Positions 1-8,481 of a stretch of DNA of 20,000 nt are shown here, in pieces. Location: positions 56,604 through 76,603 of IMG/VR virus record IMGVR_UViG_3300025009_000077, one strand, 5' to 3'. Numbering within the stretch: position 1 is the stretch's first letter; each line of letters starts with the position of its first letter. This DNA is from an uncultured virus (IMG/VR IMGVR_UViG_3300025009_000077) (taxonomy: Duplodnaviria > Heunggongvirae > Uroviricota > Caudoviricetes). The translations under genes were made by a program, and so were the position numbers. Under the pieces are notes generated by a model. The model was not told where the DNA came from. It saw only the letters and a program-made list of their open reading frames with translations, and searched no databases.

Positions 1-2181
1 CCTACTCAAGATAAGATTCTTAAAAAATTAATTAAAGCTAATGAAAGTATCGAGGGATTTTCTCCAGATGATGATAGTGTCATAGACTATCCTAATATAT
101 TTTTAGAATCCTTAATGGAAGCTAAGTCCCTCGATAAGGACTATCTTGAAATAATTAAAGAGAAGATAGAAGAAGCTACTTGTATCTATCCTCTTGATTT
201 AGAAGAACATTTCCCAGAGTCATTAAAAATTCTTAAAGAGAATTTTTATACTCTTGAACCTTCTATGAAAAAAATTAAAATCAAGAAGTATAAAGAAAGT
301 GAAAAGAATTTAAATCCTAAAAATTGTTTAGATATAATTTATGATGCTTTACGTAAATCAAAATTAACCTTATGTCATAATGCCACATTTGATATGTCAA
401 TGCTTAAGAAGGAAGGTTATGATACTTCAAAGATAAATATTTTTGATACTATGGTATTGACCTATAATTCAGATACAAATGCTAAAGGTATGATGGGATT
501 AAAACCAGCAACGGAACATTTCTTGGGAAGACGTGCTACTAAATTTAAAGAAGTATTAGGTACCAACAAGACATTAAAAGACGTAGACCCTTCTGCTTGT
601 GCTTTTTATGCTTCTTGTGATACTGGAAATACTTTTGGGCTATTTCAAGTTCTCTATCCAACTTTGAAAAGGGAAGGTTGCGAAAAAATATTATCCTTAG
701 ATAATAAGCTTGTTAAGGCATTTGCTGATTACTATGTAGAGAATCCTTTGTACATAGATAAGCTTGTTATGAACGAGTACAAAGATACTATATTAAAGAG
801 AATAGAAGAACTAGAGATGAGTATCTTCCAAACAGTAGGATACCCTTTTAACATACGTTCTAGGACTAAAGAGCTACCAGCAGCCTTAATGTCCTTGGGA
901 ATAGATACGGGAGTCAGAACAGAGACTGGTTGTATGAGTACTGCTAAGGATGCTTTATTGCAAGTATCTGGTCAGCATCCTATAGTCAAAGAGTTGATAG
1001 AGCTTAGTTCTTTGGAGAAACAATTAAATTCTTATATAGATAAACTATCTAAGTGTGATTCGCTTCCAGATAACCCTAACATAGGAATATGCAGGATTAA
1101 CTATAAATTATTCGACACTGCTTCTGGAAGGTTAGCTTCTGGAACGGGGGGTAAGTCTAAAGCCGAGGACAATGATTATTTCATAAATTTAAATATACAG
1201 AATTTAACTAAGCCTAAACCAGCTATATACGAAGCTATCAAGTTGGATAATGACTACCAAGGCATTCTTGGGTATGAGTTTAAATTAATCGGTAAGCCAG
1301 ATGATGTTAAGGAATATGTATCTCAGAATCCTAATAAGTATTTTGTAGAGGGATTAAGCCCAGACCTTAATGTAAGAAAAGCTATACGGGTTAAGAACGA
1401 TGATGAGTTAATCCTATCAGTGGATTATTCAGCACAAGAACTTAAGTTAGCTGGTGTTATTAGCGGGGAACCTAACTTCGTAGAACCTTTTAAAGAAGGT
1501 AGGGACGTTCATACTGAAATGGCTAAGAAATTATTCGGAGAAGAGAATTACGATAAAGAAAAAAGAAAAGCAGCTAAGGTAGCTAACTTTGGTTTATTAT
1601 ACGGAGGAAGTCCTCCAGTCTTGAAAGCGGTAGCTGAACAGATGGGAGTTATGATGTCTGAAGAGGAATCTCAAGAGCTGTATAATAAATGGTGGAATGC
1701 TAACATAACTCTTAAAGTTTGGAAAGACCTAGAGTTGAATAAGGCAGAGAAGGAAACTAACTTTACAGTAACCGATATGTTCGGAAGACCTCGGAGAGTT
1801 AAACACTACTTAACTTCCGATGATAGAGGAACTTATAACTTTGGAGTTAGGACAATAGCTTCTCATAAAATTCAAGGTTCTGGAAGTTCTATTATGAGGC
1901 AATTGTTAGTGAACTTAGCTAATAAGATATTTCTTAATCCTAAGTACTCTAGTGAGGTAGCTTATGTCTCATCCGTACATGATGAATGTAATTATAGAAT
2001 AAACAAAAGAAGATTTACTCAGTGGGCTAAAGTAATAGAAGATTTGATGGTATTCAATCCTCCTAACTTCCCAATACCTATAGATTGTTCTATAGAGGTG
2101 GGAGACAGTCTTGGACACCTATTTGCTTTCAAATGGGAAGACGACAGCAGAGTAAGACTGATTCCTAAACGCTGTAATTAA
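1..2181 (+). CDS. polA: Family A DNA polymerase with 3'-5' exonuclease domain (5'-partial)
   Basis: Frame is open from base 1 (PTQDKILKK...) and ATG115 has no RBS, so the start is probably upstream. Motifs: ExoII HNATFD, ExoIII YASCD, TASGRLAS, motif A DYSAQELK, motif B RKAAKVANFGLLYG, motif C VHDE. Confidence 0.95.
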   Translation, partial: PTQDKILKKLIKANESIEGFSPDDDSVIDYPNIFLESLMEAKSLDKDYLEIIKEKIEEATCIYPLDLEEHFPESLKILKENFYTLEPSMKKIKIKKYKESEKNLNPKNCLDIIYDALRKSKLTLCHNATFDMSMLKKEGYDTSKINIFDTMVLTYNSDTNAKGMMGLKPATEHFLGRRATKFKEVLGTNKTLKDVDPSACAFYASCDTGNTFGLFQVLYPTLKREGCEKILSLDNKLVKAFADYYVENPLYIDKLVMNEYKDTILKRIEELEMSIFQTVGYPFNIRSRTKELPAALMSLGIDTGVRTETGCMSTAKDALLQVSGQHPIVKELIELSSLEKQLNSYIDKLSKCDSLPDNPNIGICRINYKLFDTASGRLASGTGGKSKAEDNDYFINLNIQNLTKPKPAIYEAIKLDNDYQGILGYEFKLIGKPDDVKEYVSQNPNKYFVEGLSPDLNVRKAIRVKNDDELILSVDYSAQELKLAGVISGEPNFVEPFKEGRDVHTEMAKKLFGEENYDKEKRKAAKVANFGLLYGGSPPVLKAVAEQMGVMMSEEESQELYNKWWNANITLKVWKDLELNKAEKETNFTVTDMFGRPRRVKHYLTSDDRGTYNFGVRTIASHKIQGSGSSIMRQLLVNLANKIFLNPKYSSEVAYVSSVHDECNYRINKRRFTQWAKVIEDLMVFNPPNFPIPIDCSIEVGDSLGHLFAFKWEDDSRVRLIPKRCN

Positions 2182-2225
2182 TCTTAAGTTATATTATATA
2201 TAGATAAAACGGAAGAGGGAAGACG

Positions 2226-3560
2226 ATGGAAAAATTTGAAAAGCTTTTTGAGTTATTGTATCAAGGGTGTATCTCAGAAGGTAAATACAGGGGAAGAAGT
2301 TACTGGAGAAAAAGAATAAGAGAAGTATCTAATGAGTACACAACTAATGATATTAATATGTTCTTTAGTTCGGAATATAGAGATAAATTAGTATTAGAAT
2401 TATCTAAGTCAGATATATATCCTTCTGATTTGTCTAAGCAGAAACAACAAGAATTAAAAGAGGATGTAGAGAAAGAAGTAGATGAGGATGTTTTAATTGC
2501 TAACATTCAATTAAGACGTAAGGTTCAAAAGCTTCAAGATATTAATAGAATAGAACGTAAGGGGCTTAGACACGAAGATAGATTAACTAACGCTTTAGAG
2601 GAATCTAATTTAGAATTAATACAGTTATTGAAAAGTATTAATCTTTCAGAGAAAACAATTAAACATACTAACGTAAGCTCAGATTGTATGGGTATCATTC
2701 AACTATCTGATTTACATTTTAACGAGTTAATCAATTTAAAGAATAATAAATATGATTTTCATATAGCTTCTAAGAGATTAAAGTTGTTAGCAGATAGAGC
2801 AGTTAGCTATTTTAAATTAAACGGTATTAAAAGTGTTGCTGTCTGTTCTACGGGGGATTTACTCAACAAAGACGATATCCTAGATAAGTTATTAAACAAT
2901 GCTACTAATAGAATGAAGGCTTGTTTACTTGCTACAAGTTTGTTGTCCCAATTTATCTTGGACTTAAATAAAGATTTTAAAATTACTTTTTGCGGTGTAA
3001 CGGGTAATGAAACTAGAATGGCTAAAGATATTGCATGGACAGATATTATAGCTTCTGACAATTATGATTTGATGTTATATAATATGCTTAACGCTAGATT
3101 CATGGGTTCTCCGTCAGTGTCTTTTCATTTAGAAGACCCACTAGAACAAGTCATAGATGTTGCAGGTAACAATGTTTTGTTAATTCACGGGCATCAATTT
3201 AAATCTGATTTAGCTAACGGAATCAAGAAGGCTGTAGCGAAGTATGCTTATGATGGAATTTTTATTGACTATGTGCTTAGTGGACATTTACATGAAGCTT
3301 GTGTGTCTGATAATTATAGTAGGTCGGCTAGTATGTGTGGTCAGAATGCTTACTCCGATAGAGGATTACAATTATCGGGAAGAGCTTCTCAGAATATAGG
3401 AATTTTCTATAAGAATAAGAACAGGGATATAATTAAGGTGGATTTACAAAATTACGGAGACGTAGTTGGTTACGATGTTACTAAAGAGATAGAAGCGTAC
3501 AATGCTAAGAGCCACGATAAACTTTGTGATAATAAAACTATTATTAAAGTTGTTATATAA
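2226..3560 (+). CDS. Calcineurin-like metallophosphoesterase with N-terminal helical/coiled-coil region
   Basis: Motifs SDLH, TGDL, GNE (normally GNH), IHGH, GHLH; purine-rich RBS-like GAGGG upstream. Confidence 0.85.
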   Translation: MEKFEKLFELLYQGCISEGKYRGRSYWRKRIREVSNEYTTNDINMFFSSEYRDKLVLELSKSDIYPSDLSKQKQQELKEDVEKEVDEDVLIANIQLRRKVQKLQDINRIERKGLRHEDRLTNALEESNLELIQLLKSINLSEKTIKHTNVSSDCMGIIQLSDLHFNELINLKNNKYDFHIASKRLKLLADRAVSYFKLNGIKSVAVCSTGDLLNKDDILDKLLNNATNRMKACLLATSLLSQFILDLNKDFKITFCGVTGNETRMAKDIAWTDIIASDNYDLMLYNMLNARFMGSPSVSFHLEDPLEQVIDVAGNNVLLIHGHQFKSDLANGIKKAVAKYAYDGIFIDYVLSGHLHEACVSDNYSRSASMCGQNAYSDRGLQLSGRASQNIGIFYKNKNRDIIKVDLQNYGDVVGYDVTKEIEAYNAKSHDKLCDNKTIIKVVI

Positions 3561-3566
3561 TTTAAA

Positions 3567-3595
3567 TTGACATATCTTAAATATTGTGATATAAT
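3567..3595 (+). promoter_or_regulatory. sigma70/sigmaA promoter
   Basis: TTGACA (3567-3572), 17-nt spacer, TATAAT (3590-3595), extended -10 TG; intergenic, upstream of an AAGGAG RBS. Confidence 0.9.
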
Positions 3596-3623
3596 GGATT
3601 AAGAATGATATAAAGGAGAAGGG

Positions 3624-4211
3624 ATGTATCTGTTTTTATCCACGGCTACTACTGGATTGAATTCAGAGTATGACGATATAATAAAATTATGTTATAGAGT
3701 AGAACACAATAATGCTATAGTAGACCAGAATACATTTCATATTAAGCCCAGACGAGGTAGACTTCCTTCCACTATAGCTAAAGAAGCTTTAGATTTTAAT
3801 GGAATAGACATAGATACTCTTAGAGGTTATGGAAATCCAGAAGAAGCTTGTTATAAGTTCATATCTACTCTTAAAGAAGTTACCAATAAAGGAAAAGATA
3901 AATTGACTGTCGTGGGGCATAATATTAAATTCGATTTAGAATTTCTTAATAACTTTATAAAATTATATACGGAGTATAATCTATATAGTTATATTAAGTT
4001 TGGAGGGTATGACTTACTTTACATAGCTCCATTAATAGAGAATGCTACTAGAGAATCTTATAGGGATTATAAATTTGCTACTCTGTGCAAAACATTTTCA
4101 TTACACTACGACTCGAAAGATATAGAGTCGAAGACAGAGAATATTAGAAATTTATTTGATGTTTTCAATAAAATAGTAGGTTATAATAGTTCAGTGGGGG
4201 ATTTTTCATGA
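3624..4211 (+). CDS. DnaQ/DEDDh 3'-5' exonuclease-fold protein, probably inactive
   Basis: N-terminal LFLSTATTGL aligns to ExoI hhhDxETTGL; ExoII VVGHNIKFD is intact; ExoIII is degenerate. Confidence 0.8.
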   Translation: MYLFLSTATTGLNSEYDDIIKLCYRVEHNNAIVDQNTFHIKPRRGRLPSTIAKEALDFNGIDIDTLRGYGNPEEACYKFISTLKEVTNKGKDKLTVVGHNIKFDLEFLNNFIKLYTEYNLYSYIKFGGYDLLYIAPLIENATRESYRDYKFATLCKTFSLHYDSKDIESKTENIRNLFDVFNKIVGYNSSVGDFS

Positions 4212-5017
4212 CTTGTGTAGTAGGGATACGGACTGAGGATTATGTATACTTAGGAACTGATAGTTTTGGTTCTAATAGTTTTACTGGAGCTAAGATAAAT
4301 TATCCGAGAAAAGTTTTTCAAGTAGGAGATTTTATCATAGGAGTTTGTGGAAGTTTTAGGATGATACAGATATTAACTCACAAGTTAGTTGTAGTTCCTA
4401 GATTTATTGACCAAGATATATATGAGTATGTATATACTTCTTTTTATGATTCACTTATTAATTGTTTAAGACAAGAGAAATTTCTCATAGATGTGAATGG
4501 TGTAGAACTTATGGGAGGAGGCAGTGAACTCATTGTAGGTATAGAGAATAAGTTATTTGTAGTTCAAACAGACTTATCTATATTAGAACCTGCTGATAAT
4601 TTTGTTTGTATAGGCTCTGGAGAATATCACTCCCAAGCTATCTTAGAATCATTACAGGATACGAAGTTGTCTCCTGCTGAGAAGATACTTAAGGCTATTC
4701 AGAAAACAAGTAAGTATGTTGTATCTGTAAATGAAGATGTATATATAATGACCAATGATGAAGATGCAGTTACGACAGATTCTTTAAAAGATTTAGAAGA
4801 TGATGAGACGGAAGAAGAGAAACCCAAAAAGAAAAGAAAAAGTAAGAAGCAGAAAGAACAAGAAGCTTTAGCTGAAGAAGTTAGATTAGCTTTAGAAGAG
4901 CAGACAAGAAGAGACTTAGAAGAGAAAAAAGAACTTCAAAGGGATAAACGTATTAAGAAAAAACTTGAGAAGTTAATAAATCCCGAAGAGGATTCTCAAG
5001 AGGGTACTCCAGATTAA
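4208..5017 (+). CDS. HslV/proteasome beta-subunit-like Ntn threonine protease with charged C-terminal tail
   Basis: After Met removal: Thr1 (TCVVG), Asp17 (GTDS), Lys34 (RKVF), VCGS and IGSG motifs; ATGA overlap with the upstream gene. Confidence 0.8.
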   Translation: MTCVVGIRTEDYVYLGTDSFGSNSFTGAKINYPRKVFQVGDFIIGVCGSFRMIQILTHKLVVVPRFIDQDIYEYVYTSFYDSLINCLRQEKFLIDVNGVELMGGGSELIVGIENKLFVVQTDLSILEPADNFVCIGSGEYHSQAILESLQDTKLSPAEKILKAIQKTSKYVVSVNEDVYIMTNDEDAVTTDSLKDLEDDETEEEKPKKKRKSKKQKEQEALAEEVRLALEEQTRRDLEEKKELQRDKRIKKKLEKLINPEEDSQEGTPD

Positions 5018-5028
5018 CGGAGGGGATT

Positions 5029-6288
5029 ATGAAAAAGGAGGAAATATTACAACATTTCAAGGTACGAGGTATTCCTATACCATCTAATCCTAAGACTACC
5101 AACAAAGAGCTTGAAAAAATATTGGGAATAGATTACTATAATAAGTATCCTAAAGTTCAAACATGGGGGATGTATAAACGATTGTTTGAATTACATACTC
5201 CACAACTATGTTTTTCTTTTAAAGAACTTAAACCAGAGGAACAAAAACACCTCTTGACATCAGAGGACTGGTTGGGCGAGGTTAAGATTGATGGATGCCG
5301 TGTTATAATAACTTATCACCCCGACTGGGGATTTGAGTTTTTCTCTAGGGATATATCAGATATAACTTTTCTACCTAATTGTTATACGGAAAAAATATTA
5401 TTAATAACTAAAGATGGTAAAGTTAGAACCCCCCAGAGTTATAGAGGGGTGTTCAAACAATCTTTTATCTTGGATGCTGAGGTTTTAGTATCTAATAAAA
5501 CTTTAGATACTACTTCAAGGGGCGGAACATTCTCAGCTACTGAGTTGAATGCCACTGTTTCTATCTTAGGTTCCCATGCAGAAAGAGCTATAGAGATTCA
5601 GATGGATGGGAATCCTTTGAAGTTTTGTGTGTTTGATATGTTGGAGTTTGATAACCAAGACCTTAAACCTAAAACACTCAGACAACGCAGACAACTATTA
5701 ACTAGCTTTATGAAAAAGATTGAAGGGATAACTCCTTTTGAGTTACCAGAAAGTACTATAATAAATAAACAAGAATTCTTTGATGGGATAGTAGCTAACG
5801 GGGGAGAAGGGATAGTACTAAAGAATCTTAACGAGCAATACTATGCTACTACTTCTCGTAAGAGACATGTTCAAGTTAAGATGAAGAGAACACTATCTGG
5901 AAGTAAGAATGAAGATATAGATTGTTTTATCTCAGGTTCCATACTTCCTAAAAAGAATTCAGCCCTAGCAGTACAGAATTTAATAGGAGGCATCAAAGTT
6001 TCTTGTTATGTTGAGGAAGAAGATGAATCTTTAACTGAACAATGGATTGGAACTATCTCTGGAATAACTGATTCTTTGAGAAGAAAGATGACAGTAATAG
6101 ATGAACAAGGTAATCCTACATTGAATACTGAATACCTAGGATTGGTATTAGCTTGTGAGGGTCAGGATTTTAGCTCAAAAAATAATAGAATGTCCCATTG
6201 CAGGGCTATGGATTGGAACTTTAGGATTGATAAGAAGCCAGACGATTGTATAATTACTCGAGAATTTATAAACAGCATGATTTTGTAG
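5029..6288 (+). CDS. ATP-dependent DNA ligase
   Basis: Motif I EVKIDGCR (KxDG), FSR, ILDAEV, FCVFDML, EGIVLK, VKMK; GGAGG RBS. Confidence 0.9.
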   Translation: MKKEEILQHFKVRGIPIPSNPKTTNKELEKILGIDYYNKYPKVQTWGMYKRLFELHTPQLCFSFKELKPEEQKHLLTSEDWLGEVKIDGCRVIITYHPDWGFEFFSRDISDITFLPNCYTEKILLITKDGKVRTPQSYRGVFKQSFILDAEVLVSNKTLDTTSRGGTFSATELNATVSILGSHAERAIEIQMDGNPLKFCVFDMLEFDNQDLKPKTLRQRRQLLTSFMKKIEGITPFELPESTIINKQEFFDGIVANGGEGIVLKNLNEQYYATTSRKRHVQVKMKRTLSGSKNEDIDCFISGSILPKKNSALAVQNLIGGIKVSCYVEEEDESLTEQWIGTISGITDSLRRKMTVIDEQGNPTLNTEYLGLVLACEGQDFSSKNNRMSHCRAMDWNFRIDKKPDDCIITREFINSMIL

Positions 6289-6317
6289 TTGACATTTATT
6301 TACATTAATGATATAAT
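6289..6317 (+). promoter_or_regulatory. sigma70/sigmaA promoter
   Basis: TTGACA (6289-6294), 17 nt, TATAAT (6312-6317), extended -10 TG. Confidence 0.9.
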
Positions 6318-6328
6318 GTATTATAAGG

Positions 6329-6769
6329 ATGGGTTTTATTATGGACATGATAAATATTTCTAGTAAGTACGATTCATTAATAAATAATTATATGTTAGGT
6401 ATCCAATCCAAAGAAGATGTTATACTTGAAGTAGAACATAAATTTGGAGAACATTCTTGGTTAGATATATCTTATTTGCCTAATTTACCAGAGAAGTTTA
6501 TAAATTCTTTTAAAGACTATTTAACTTGGGACGGTATCTCTACTAACCCTAATTTGGGAAAAGAATTTATAATGGACAATATAAGTAATCTTAATTTAAA
6601 TAATTTACTCATAACTTCTAAGTTGGACATAGGAATTATATTATCTATAATATCTTCAACGAGAAGTAAAGAATTAAAAAACAGATATTACTCCTTGATA
6701 CTTGCTTACCAGAATTTGGGAGAGGAAGATTTAGGTAGAGTAAAATTTTTAAAGGAGATTTGTGAATGA
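6329..6769 (+). CDS. Hypothetical protein with two tryptophan-repeat-like units
   Basis: WLDISYLPNLPEKFI and WDGISTNPNLGKEFI, a W-x2-IS-x2-PNL-x3-FI repeat about 22 aa apart. Confidence 0.55.
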   Translation: MGFIMDMINISSKYDSLINNYMLGIQSKEDVILEVEHKFGEHSWLDISYLPNLPEKFINSFKDYLTWDGISTNPNLGKEFIMDNISNLNLNNLLITSKLDIGIILSIISSTRSKELKNRYYSLILAYQNLGEEDLGRVKFLKEICE

Positions 6770-7158
6770 GTTGGGAAGGAATATCTAGGCTAAGGACAGA
6801 CTTAGGAAATAGTATAAATGTATTCAAGACTGTGTTAGCGGATAACAGAGACGACTTAGAAAATTTAAACTTGTCTATAACAGAGTATGAAAGTAGGATA
6901 AATGTTAGCTTAGAGCTACAATATAATGCTAGTTACATTGTTTCCATTCTATACAATTTGTCCAGTCTTATTAAGGATAAAGTAAAAAAAGGAGGAACTG
7001 TATCAGAACAAGTTCAATCCAAGAAAGCTTATGAGGAAGTTAATTCCATGTTAGAAGAATATAAGAACCATGTATATACTTTTTCTCAAAGGGCTAGAAC
7101 CTTGGCGGACTTGTTAAAAATTAAACAAATGGCAAATCCTGATACACGCAGGTATTAG
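6766..7158 (+). CDS. Hypothetical helical/coiled-coil protein (possible recombination mediator)
   Basis: AAGGAG RBS and ATGA overlap; 130 aa amphipathic helical sequence; function inferred from context only. Confidence 0.5.
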   Translation: MSWEGISRLRTDLGNSINVFKTVLADNRDDLENLNLSITEYESRINVSLELQYNASYIVSILYNLSSLIKDKVKKGGTVSEQVQSKKAYEEVNSMLEEYKNHVYTFSQRARTLADLLKIKQMANPDTRRY

Positions 7159-7160
7159 AC

Positions 7161-7484
7161 TTGAAAGCTGATGATTTATATACAGGTATATGCAATGACC
7201 TAGCTGAGTTAGGAATATATTTAAATAAGAGAGATGTTCACTTACTATTGTATATAATTTTAAAGAACATGAAGGAGGTTTGTAGAAATACAGATAGGTT
7301 ATATTTATCTAAGTATAAAAAGATAAGTGCTTCATTAGTCAAAGGGAACATAGAAATAAATATTTGTGATGACTATATTCCTAAAAGCAAAACATTACGG
7401 ATGACAGATAAAGCCAGTAATAAAATATTTAACGATATATTTTTACCGAGCATAGTAGAGTTATTAAATTCTGAGGAGGATTAA
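7161..7484 (+). CDS. Hypothetical protein, N-terminus weakly HU/IHF-like
   Basis: TTG start; helix pattern MKADDL...LNKRDVHLLLYIILKNMKEVCRNTDRLYL resembles the HU body, but the GFGTF/RNP arm motifs are absent. Confidence 0.4.
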   Translation: MKADDLYTGICNDLAELGIYLNKRDVHLLLYIILKNMKEVCRNTDRLYLSKYKKISASLVKGNIEINICDDYIPKSKTLRMTDKASNKIFNDIFLPSIVELLNSEED

Positions 7485-7489
7485 ACAGA

Positions 7490-8422
7490 ATGGTAAAATT
7501 CGGAGAAGCCCCAAAACAATCTAACATTATTAAGAAAATGGATTTGGTGGACGATGAGATTAAATTTGTAAACATACTTAGCGTAGATGAGGATTTCTTT
7601 TTGAATCCAAAGACACACTTTGTAAAGGGAGTTGGCTCTATTCATTGTACCACATCAACAGACGATGACGGAATACGCATCAAGGGAGATTGTTGTAAAG
7701 TACTAGAGGACTTAATAAGTCAAGGGGTACTAAGTGAAGAAACTACAAAGTCCTATCCATCTAGTAAGTATGTATTACCAGCAATGGTTTTTACTACTGT
7801 TGACAAAAACAATTTTCAACTACCTGTATCTTTTGTAAGATTAGAATTAACGGAGAAAGATTATAAAGCATTGTTGGATGAATTAGAAGACAGTGAAGTA
7901 GACCCTGCTACTATCCCTTCTAAGATATTACGTATCAAAGGAACTTCAGAAGGAGAAGGTAGATTTAAAAGAGTTTCTCCTAAGATTAAAGTTAAGGGAG
8001 GATTTGATATTGCAAAGAATCCTCAGCTAGTAGAACAGGCTAAGAACTTCTTAATCAGTTACAGGGAATTAATTAGACCTTCTTTAGGTAAAGATTTGAA
8101 TGGGGACAAACTAAGAAACGCTATCTTACAAAATGTTTCTAAATCTCAGGAAGTATTAGCATCTCCTCAAGTAGAAGCATTACCTCAGCCAGTGGCTCAA
8201 CCTCAAGTACAGCAACAACAAACGGTAGCTGGGGTTGTGGGATTATCATTACCTCCACAACAGATAGCACCTGTTGTGAACTTGGCACCTTTACCCCAGC
8301 CAGCACAAGTTGTTCCTACTCAGGCACCTGTTCAAACGGTACAACTCCCTAGCTCTACTGAGTTAGAAGGTCTCGACTTATCTGAGATTATTCAAGATGT
8401 AGATGATTTTTATACCGAGTAG
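7490..8422 (+). CDS. Probable single-stranded DNA-binding protein
   Basis: GAGGAGG RBS; His/Cys cluster (THF...IHC...DCC); Q/P/V-rich linker; acidic-aromatic tail QDVDDFYTE; located in a recombination cluster. Confidence 0.6.
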   Translation: MVKFGEAPKQSNIIKKMDLVDDEIKFVNILSVDEDFFLNPKTHFVKGVGSIHCTTSTDDDGIRIKGDCCKVLEDLISQGVLSEETTKSYPSSKYVLPAMVFTTVDKNNFQLPVSFVRLELTEKDYKALLDELEDSEVDPATIPSKILRIKGTSEGEGRFKRVSPKIKVKGGFDIAKNPQLVEQAKNFLISYRELIRPSLGKDLNGDKLRNAILQNVSKSQEVLASPQVEALPQPVAQPQVQQQQTVAGVVGLSLPPQQIAPVVNLAPLPQPAQVVPTQAPVQTVQLPSSTELEGLDLSEIIQDVDDFYTE

Positions 8423-8434
8423 GATTTATAAGAA

Positions 8435-8470
8435 TAGAGATAAGAGGTTAATTTTAACCTCTTATCTCTA
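8435..8470. repeat. Perfect 17-bp inverted repeat (hairpin/cruciform)
   Basis: TAGAGATAAGAGGTTAA-tt-TTAACCTCTTATCTCTA, directly followed by GGAG of the resolvase RBS. Confidence 0.95.
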
Positions 8471-8481
8471 GGAGAAACATT

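Noticed and set aside
1..400. Missing ExoI motif or large insertion in the PolA exonuclease domain
   Set aside because: YPLDLEE lies about 65 aa before the ExoII Asp and could be ExoI, and the gene start is outside the window, so this cannot be decided.
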